Positions 6,003 through 11,759 of a stretch of DNA of 11,759 bases are shown in pieces. Numbering within the stretch: position 1 is the first letter of the stretch; each line of letters begins with the position of its first letter. The stretch comes from Candidatus Nanohaloarchaea archaeon (GTDB taxonomy: Archaea; Nanohalarchaeota; Nanosalinia; Nanosalinales; Nanosalinaceae), in assembly GCA_041640035.1 (NCBI GenBank), contig JBEQBC010000019.1, positions 1 through 11,759 on the forward strand, given 5' to 3'. Under the pieces are notes generated by a model. It did no database searches. It saw only the letters and a list, made by a program, of their open reading frames with translations, and had not been told where the DNA came from. The position numbers were made by a program, and so were the translations under genes.

Positions 6003-6925
6003 AAGTAGTGCTTGTAGGTCTCGATAGGTACTCTTACATACAGGTTGATGACGAAGAATACCAGTAGACCTATCACCGCTACTGCTAGTCCTGCCACCGG
6101 CGCCACAAGATAGGCTAGGATTCCAAGAATTCCGAACGGAATCAGCAGAGCCAGAACCACTACAAGTGATGCAACCAGTCCTAGGATTCCTAATGCTATT
6201 CCTATTGCAACCTTGGTGATGAAGTAGATCGCTGCCTGTCCTTTCTCAGCTCTAACAAGTCCAAGAGATCTTCTGACTGCCTCAATTACATTGATATCGT
6301 TCTTGATCATCAACGGAATACCGAAGTCGTTGATGAATGTCAAGGCCAATGCCATTACAATCCAGTAGATAACAAGTACTGCGATAAATACTGCTGCAAG
6401 GACTTGACTTGAACTTCCGACTGCTACTGCCGGGAAGAGTGGTGCCGCCGCCAAGATCAGTACGAGAAAGCTCAGTCCGATAAACTGAAGAGAGTTAGTC
6501 AGGTTCTCAGAGAAAAGCCTTCTGATACCTGTTTTCTTCTCCATAACTGCCTGGAAGTAACTGAACTTAGCCAGCATCGCAAGGACGGTAAAGATAATTG
6601 CAACTACTGCTACTAAAGCTATAATAGCTGCATCAACTCCAGCCGAAGCGCTGAAAGCTCCAGTAGCCATATTACCTAGATCCAGTCCTTGATGCATATC
6701 GGCAGTAAAGGACGGTGCGGTTGAAGCGATATCTGCATCTGAAAGAGTGCTGCCGGATGTGCTTGGCCCTGAACCTCCCGTCGGAGGGTTAAAACTCCCA
6801 AGCCCTCCTCCCATCAGGAGAACCAGAACCGCCAAGCTTGTCCATAAACCCATGTTAAATGGTGTAAGAAAGTCTTTAGTCTCATTTAATGCTTCTTCAA
6901 TCTTCTGTGGAGCGTACCAAGTCAT
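5951..6925 (-). CDS. Multi-pass membrane protein, 324 aa, resembling the archaeal DUF7544-type family
   Basis: Several long hydrophobic segments and an N-terminus (IEEALNETKDFLTPFNMGLWTSLAVLVLLMGGG) followed by a G/S-rich loop. The family label is from memory of haloarchaeal proteins and needs an HMM check. Confidence 0.85.
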   Translation of the reverse strand: MTWYAPQKIEEALNETKDFLTPFNMGLWTSLAVLVLLMGGGLGSFNPPTGGSGPSTSGSTLSDADIASTAPSFTADMHQGLDLGNMATGAFSASAGVDAAIIALVAVVAIIFTVLAMLAKFSYFQAVMEKKTGIRRLFSENLTNSLQFIGLSFLVLILAAAPLFPAVAVGSSSQVLAAVFIAVLVIYWIVMALALTFINDFGIPLMIKNDINVIEAVRRSLGLVRAEKGQAAIYFITKVAIGIALGILGLVASLVVVLALLIPFGILGILAYLVAPVAGLAVAVIGLLVFFVINLYVRVPIETYKHYFYVLNLEEFEEEEFVER

Positions 6926-6950
6926 AATAACAAAGTTTAACTGAAATTAA

Positions 6951-6956
6951 CTTAAA
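6951..6956 (-). promoter_or_regulatory. Candidate TATA box (TTTAAG on minus strand) for the membrane protein gene
   Basis: Lies 26-31 nt upstream of the ATG at 6925, consistent with leaderless spacing. Confidence 0.5.
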
Positions 6957-7035
6957 GAAACTTTGCCATCTCCTTGTTTTTTCCAGACTTCCGGTGCCGT
7001 AGTGTTTTTTACAGTAACCGGTCATCGTAATGTGT

Positions 7036-8853
7036 ATGGATCTTTTCCCGTTCGATACCCCGAGAGACATGCAGACAGAGATGATAGAGGTAGTTGAAGA
7101 AGCAATAGACAACGAAGGCTCAGCGACAATCCACGCACCAACCGGACTGGGAAAGACCGCCGCAGCGCTTACACCAGCGATTGAAAAGGCTATAGAAGAG
7201 GGGAAAAAGGTTTTCTTCCTGACACCGCGTCACAGCCAGCACCAGATTGCACTGGAAACAGTGAGAAACATCAACGAGAAACACGGGAAAAAGATTACTT
7301 CAACAGACTTGATCGGTAAAAGCCACCTGTGCGAAGCTCAAAATGTGATGAAGGATGAGGACGAACCTGACTGTCCACGGCATGACGCCACCTTCGACGA
7401 TAATCATCAGTTAACAGATCAGGCGATGAAAAGAGTAAGAGAAGTAAGAAACAAGAACCTAACCGCTGAAGAAGTAAAGAAAATATGCCACAAGGTATGT
7501 GCTTACCAAGTACAGATGCACAGCCTCGAACACAGCAAATTAATAGTAGCAGACTACTTCCACATATTCCATCCAGGAGTCAGAGATGTAGTACTGGAGA
7601 AAGCAGATATAGACCTTTCAGACGCCATCATAATCGTAGATGAAGCGCACAACCTGCCTTCAAGAACCCGTAGCCTGTACTCAGCCACATTAAAGGACTC
7701 CCTGGTTAAAAACGCGGTATCAGAAGCAGGAAAGCACCAGTTCCATGATGAACAGCAGCACCTGCAGCAGTTGAAGAGAAAGTTCCAGAGACTAGTTCAG
7801 GACAAGCTTTCAAGCCAGAACCCTGAGCAGAGAGTGGAGAAATCGGATTTCACAGATATAGTAGACAGCTTCCGGGATTACGAGGACTTCATAGTCGACC
7901 TGGAAAAAGCAGGTGAAGAGATCGAGTCCAGACAGGACAAAAGATCCAAGGTACTTCAGATAGCCGAGTTCATGGACAGCTGGAACGGAAAAGACGAGGG
8001 ATTCTCACGGATACTTCAGCGAACGAACTACGGCGAGGTACATCTAAAGTACTCATGCCTGAACCCCGAAGCCACGACACGCACACCTATCAAGAAATCA
8101 TACTCAACAGTGCTGATGTCCGGAACACTTACGCCGACAGATATGTACAACGATCTTCTGGGAATCGATGAAGAGAAAAATATTACCAAGGAGTTCAAAT
8201 CGCCGTTCCCCAGTGAAAACAAGACAGAACTTGTAATACCGACACTTACCACCAAGTACAGCGAAAGAGACGAATCCATGACACAGAAATACGCATGGTA
8301 CCTGTCCAAAAGCCTGGAAGAGATTCCAGGAAACGCAGCAGCATTCTTCCCCAGCTACAGCTACATGGAAGATGTCAAAGACCAATTAAAGATGCATACA
8401 GACCGTCGAATATTCGTCGAAAAACCGCAGATGGACAAAGAGGAGAAACAGCAAACACTTGACCGGTTCAAAGACCGGAAAGATGAAGGAGACGCAGTCC
8501 TACTCGGTGTAACAGCCGGAAGCTTCGGAGAAGGAATCGACTTCCCAGGAGAGATACTCAAAGCCGTATTCATAATCGGACTACCACTACAAAGACCGGA
8601 CCTGGAAACCAAAGACCTGATCAACTTCCTAGACGAGAAATACGGGAAAGGATGGGAATACGGCTACACATACCCAGCGATCAACCGGGCTGTACAGGCA
8701 GCAGGCCGCTGCATAAGAAGCAAAACGGATGAAGGCGCCATCATCTTCATGGACAAAAGATACAACTGGAGCAACTACCGGAAAACACTTCCAAAAGACA
8801 TCAACCTGAAAGAGACCAGAGCACCATGGAAAGAACTCGGCGAGTTCTTCTGA
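7036..8853 (+). CDS. xpd: XPD/Rad3/DinG-family Fe-S DNA helicase, about 605 aa
   Basis: Q motif (FPFDTPRDMQ), Walker A APTGLGKT, four Cys (HLC, PDC, KIC, KVCAY) for a 4Fe-4S cluster, DEAH, MSGT, EGIDF, QAAGRCIRS. ATG 7036 is preferred over 7030 because TTTTTTA at 7005-7011 gives leaderless spacing. Confidence 0.95.
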   Translation: MDLFPFDTPRDMQTEMIEVVEEAIDNEGSATIHAPTGLGKTAAALTPAIEKAIEEGKKVFFLTPRHSQHQIALETVRNINEKHGKKITSTDLIGKSHLCEAQNVMKDEDEPDCPRHDATFDDNHQLTDQAMKRVREVRNKNLTAEEVKKICHKVCAYQVQMHSLEHSKLIVADYFHIFHPGVRDVVLEKADIDLSDAIIIVDEAHNLPSRTRSLYSATLKDSLVKNAVSEAGKHQFHDEQQHLQQLKRKFQRLVQDKLSSQNPEQRVEKSDFTDIVDSFRDYEDFIVDLEKAGEEIESRQDKRSKVLQIAEFMDSWNGKDEGFSRILQRTNYGEVHLKYSCLNPEATTRTPIKKSYSTVLMSGTLTPTDMYNDLLGIDEEKNITKEFKSPFPSENKTELVIPTLTTKYSERDESMTQKYAWYLSKSLEEIPGNAAAFFPSYSYMEDVKDQLKMHTDRRIFVEKPQMDKEEKQQTLDRFKDRKDEGDAVLLGVTAGSFGEGIDFPGEILKAVFIIGLPLQRPDLETKDLINFLDEKYGKGWEYGYTYPAINRAVQAAGRCIRSKTDEGAIIFMDKRYNWSNYRKTLPKDINLKETRAPWKELGEFF

Positions 8854-8879
8854 AGAGCCGAACTAACTTATCAAAAACA

Positions 8880-8886
8880 CTTATGA
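8880..8886 (+). promoter_or_regulatory. Candidate TATA box (CTTATGA) with upstream A-rich BRE-like tract for ribL
   Basis: CAAAAACA-CTTATGA, with the heptamer beginning 31 nt before ATG 8911. Confidence 0.5.
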
Positions 8887-8910
8887 CAGTCACAGACCTC
8901 AGATACTATT

Positions 8911-9300
8911 ATGACAACAGTGATGGCACAGGGAACATTCGATATAATACATCCCGGTCACATCCACTACCTTGAGAAATCAGCCGAGAAAGGCGATGAA
9001 CTGGTAGTAGTGATCGCCAGAGACTCAAGAATCGAAAAAAATACACATTTTGATGAAGATGAACGAAGAAAGATAGTCGACAGCATAGAACATGTCGAAA
9101 GAGCCGTGCTGGGCAGCGAGGGCGACATATATTCAACTGTAAAGGATATTGACCCTGATGTAATCACCTTGGGATATGACCAAGATCACGATGAAGAACA
9201 GGTCAAAGAGATGGCTGAGAACGCAACAGGACACAAAGTAAATGTCGAAAGAATCTCAGGTCTCAAAGACTATTCATCAAGCAATATCAGAGAGTCCTAA
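8911..9300 (+). CDS. ribL: Archaeal FAD synthase (FMN adenylyltransferase, cytidylyltransferase-like HxGH family), 129 aa
   Basis: VMAQGTFDIIHPGHIHYL, LVVVIARD, PDVITLGYDQ and C-terminal SSSNI. Substrate specificity is inferred from family resemblance. Confidence 0.85.
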   Translation: MTTVMAQGTFDIIHPGHIHYLEKSAEKGDELVVVIARDSRIEKNTHFDEDERRKIVDSIEHVERAVLGSEGDIYSTVKDIDPDVITLGYDQDHDEEQVKEMAENATGHKVNVERISGLKDYSSSNIRES

Positions 9301-10067
9301 TCGTTAACCGCCTCAACAGCCTTGGCAAAACCTTCTCTTACAAAGTTTCTGTACCTCAGATCATAGCTATCCGGCCTCCAGTTGAGAGAAAACCCTCTAT
9401 CCCTTAGAGAGATTTCGAGATGAAGAGGCTCATCCACATCCTCAAAATCAAACTCGTAGATACGCCAGTCCTTACCTGAGTCAAAACCAAGCTCCACATC
9501 GAAATCAACATCCTCAGGGAAACTCTCCTCATAGAAACTGATAGCCTTATCCATAACCTCATGCTGATCAAAATCACTCCAAGTCTCCAGCTGTCGAAGC
9601 GGATTCTCCCTGCCTTCTCTATAGAAAACAGGATTACCTTCCTTGATAGAGTCCGGACGGGTTACACGGCAGAACTCGGACTTGATATTCTTGAACTTTC
9701 TCTCATGATCTGAACGCGGATGCATGCTGTAGGCAACAGTCTCTCTATCCTCATCTGATGCTATCGAGCTCTCCGCAACCGATCTCTCAACCTCAACCAT
9801 CACGGACTCTTCAACATCCGGCAAGTCTATATCATACATCCTGAAATCGCCGTCATTCGCAGAAAGATCCATACCGTACTCATTCAATCCCAGGACCTCA
9901 AGAAACTCATCATCCGACTCAAGGCCAGAGAAAGTGATATTATAATTACTGTACTCCTCAGTCAGATGGTTTTGAAGGCTTTCAACATAACCTTCGACCG
10001 CGGTTTCCAGCGCCGACTCAAAAACCTCCCAGGACTCATCTTCAGCAAGCCTCTGACTGTACTCCAT
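9297..10067 (-). CDS. Highly acidic hypothetical protein, 256 aa, with two similar halves
   Basis: Long ORF convergent with ribL (4-nt overlap of stops). ATG at 10067 preferred over TTG at 10070. TTTTATC on the minus strand at 10091-10097 gives leaderless spacing. Confidence 0.85.
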   Translation of the reverse strand: MEYSQRLAEDESWEVFESALETAVEGYVESLQNHLTEEYSNYNITFSGLESDDEFLEVLGLNEYGMDLSANDGDFRMYDIDLPDVEESVMVEVERSVAESSIASDEDRETVAYSMHPRSDHERKFKNIKSEFCRVTRPDSIKEGNPVFYREGRENPLRQLETWSDFDQHEVMDKAISFYEESFPEDVDFDVELGFDSGKDWRIYEFDFEDVDEPLHLEISLRDRGFSLNWRPDSYDLRYRNFVREGFAKAVEAVND

Positions 10068-10152
10068 CAACTACTTAACAGGTCTCAAGGGATAAAAAAG
10101 GAAGCTGATGTGTTCACAGAAAATTAAGGTTACCTGGCGGTTTTGTCGAGGA

Positions 10153-10158
10153 TTTAAA
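10153..10158 (+). promoter_or_regulatory. Candidate TATA box (TTTAAA) for sufB
   Basis: Begins 30 nt before ATG 10183, no SD visible. Confidence 0.55.
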
Positions 10159-10182
10159 GATTTACACCACTAAGAGTTGAAT

Positions 10183-11583
10183 ATGAGCGAAGACGAAATC
10201 CAGAAGGACCAAGAAAAGTTCAACCATGTAACCGACGCAGAAATCAAGTACGACTCCGGAGAAGGACTAACAGAAGATACTATACGAAAGATATCAGAAG
10301 AGAAAGACGAACCGGAATGGATGCTGGAAAAGAGACTTGAAGCCTTCCGACATTTCAAGAGACGACCAATGCCAGACTGGGGACCAGACCTGTCAGAACT
10401 AAAGATTGACGAGATAACACCTTTCAAGGTTGCAGAGGGAGAGCAAAGCGACGACTGGGACGAAGTACCAGAAGAGATCCAGGAAACATTTGACAAACTG
10501 GGAATACCTGACGCAGAGCAGGAAGCACTTTCAGGCGTAGGCGCACAGTACGAATCAGAAGTCGTCTACCAGAACATGAAAGAAGAATGGGAAGAAAAAG
10601 GCGTCATCTTCATGGACATGGACAAAGCAGTCCAGGAACACCCAGAACTAGTCAAAGAATACTTCATGACAAAGAATGTCCCTCCACAGGACAACAAGTT
10701 CGCCGCCCTCCACGGAGCAGTATGGAGCGGAGGAAGCTTCGTCTATGTACCCGAAGGAGTAGAAGTCGAGATACCTGTACAGGCCTACTTCCGAATGAAC
10801 AGCAAAGGAATGGGGCAGTTCGAACACACACTTATCGTAGCCGAGGAAAACAGCAGATTACATTATATAGAAGGCTGCAGCGCACCGCAGTACACCAGAA
10901 ACAACCTGCACGCCGGATGTGTCGAAGTATTCGTCAAAGAAGACGCACATGTACAGTACTCCACAGTACAGAACTGGAGCAAAAACACATACAACCTGAA
11001 CACAAAAAGAGCCAAAGTAAAGGAGGATGGAGTAATGGAATGGGTCTCCGGAAGCATGGGATCCAAAGTCACAATGCTATACCCAAGCAGCCATCTAAAC
11101 GGTGAAGGCGCACGAGCCAACCACATCACAATCGGATTCGCAGGAGACGGACAGAACATCGACACAGGAGCCAAAGTTGTCCATAACGCACCGAACACAA
11201 AGTCCACTATCGAATCCAAATCGATCACTCAGGGAGACGGCCGAACCAACTACAGAGGCCTGGTAAGAGTTCCTGAAGGAAGCCATGGCAGCAAAGTCAG
11301 CATCGAATGCGATGCAATGATGTTCTCAGATGAAGCCACCAGCGATACAGAACCGTACATCGAGATACAGGAAGACGATGTAGAAATGGCGCACGAAGCC
11401 ACAGTAGGGCGAATCGGAGATGAGGAAATTCATTACATGCAGAGCCGTGGAATTGAGGAAGAAGAAGCCAAAGAGATGATCGTCAGAGGATTCATCGAAC
11501 CAATCGCGAAAGAACTACCTCTCGAATATGCTGTCGAGCTGAACCGATTAATCCAGTTAGAGATGGAAGGAAGTCTGGGATAA
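10183..11583 (+). CDS. sufB: Fe-S cluster assembly scaffold SufB, 466 aa
   Basis: Motifs GVGAQYESE, DNKFAALHGAVWSGGSFVYVP, GQFEHTLIVA, HYIEGCSAP, YSTVQNW, ECDA, HEATVG, ELPLEYAVELNRLIQLEMEGSLG. ATG 10183 preferred over TTG 10177. Confidence 0.97.
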   Translation: MSEDEIQKDQEKFNHVTDAEIKYDSGEGLTEDTIRKISEEKDEPEWMLEKRLEAFRHFKRRPMPDWGPDLSELKIDEITPFKVAEGEQSDDWDEVPEEIQETFDKLGIPDAEQEALSGVGAQYESEVVYQNMKEEWEEKGVIFMDMDKAVQEHPELVKEYFMTKNVPPQDNKFAALHGAVWSGGSFVYVPEGVEVEIPVQAYFRMNSKGMGQFEHTLIVAEENSRLHYIEGCSAPQYTRNNLHAGCVEVFVKEDAHVQYSTVQNWSKNTYNLNTKRAKVKEDGVMEWVSGSMGSKVTMLYPSSHLNGEGARANHITIGFAGDGQNIDTGAKVVHNAPNTKSTIESKSITQGDGRTNYRGLVRVPEGSHGSKVSIECDAMMFSDEATSDTEPYIEIQEDDVEMAHEATVGRIGDEEIHYMQSRGIEEEEAKEMIVRGFIEPIAKELPLEYAVELNRLIQLEMEGSLG

Positions 11584-11597
11584 ACCCAGAATCTTTT
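11574..11597 (+). terminator. Stem-loop enclosing the sufB stop codon followed by a short T tract
   Basis: TCTGGG (11574-11579) / loop ATAAA / CCCAGA (11585-11590), then ATCTTTT. Confidence 0.55.
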
Positions 11598-11698
11598 GAT
11601 TACTTCTAAGAAATATTAAACGTCTTTAAACATTTTGTTAGATAAGATTCGAACAGTTTCAAAATGGTTTTAAAGAAAGGTAGTTCTCTGCTTTAAAC

Positions 11699-11759
11699 AT
11701 GTTTAACTTAACCCATGATAGAGCCTTTGTTGCGGTTCTGGCGCTTGTCGTTTTTTCAT
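11699..11759 (+). CDS. 5' end of a probable secreted or membrane-anchored protein (partial), MFNLTHDRAFVAVLALVVFS...
   Basis: ATG 11699 is open to the window edge, with a short polar n-region and a hydrophobic stretch. TTTTAAAG at 11668-11675 begins 31 nt upstream. Confidence 0.65.
   Translation, partial: MFNLTHDRAFVAVLALVVFS

Noticed and set aside
8883-8913. Upstream ATG at 8883 as an alternative ribL start
   Set aside because: Out of frame with ribL and part of the CTTATGA promoter-like box.
10587-11105. 172-aa alternative-frame ORF inside sufB
   Set aside because: Arg/Ser-rich frame-shifted reading of acidic codons with no independent start signals.

Overview
Archaeal chromosomal window. 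The proteins are strongly Asp/Glu-rich while the DNA is only moderately GC-rich and densely packed, which points to a salt-in halophile, most plausibly Nanohaloarchaeota (DPANN); this taxonomy is inference. Gene order: tail of an upstream CDS, a Q/N-rich low-complexity coiled-coil protein, a small acidic hypothetical, rpl7ae-rps28e-rpl24e (the last two are under 60 aa and missing from the ORF track), infB/aIF5B with no ndk in between, an AT-rich antisense hypothetical with a PIP-like C-terminus, nreA, a multi-pass membrane protein, an XPD/Rad3 Fe-S helicase, FAD synthase ribL, an internally duplicated acidic hypothetical, a stand-alone sufB, and the start of a probable secreted or membrane protein. 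No mobile element, CRISPR, rRNA or tRNA was recognised. The strongest non-coding signals are a textbook kink-turn in the rpl7ae leader that buries the SD sequence (L7Ae autoregulation), a recurrent hairpin holding the TAA stop codon in its loop (rpl7ae, rpl24e, sufB), and a possible long-range stem covering the infB SD-like sequence where ndk normally lies. The window is mostly housekeeping; I found no clearly supported new multi-gene system.
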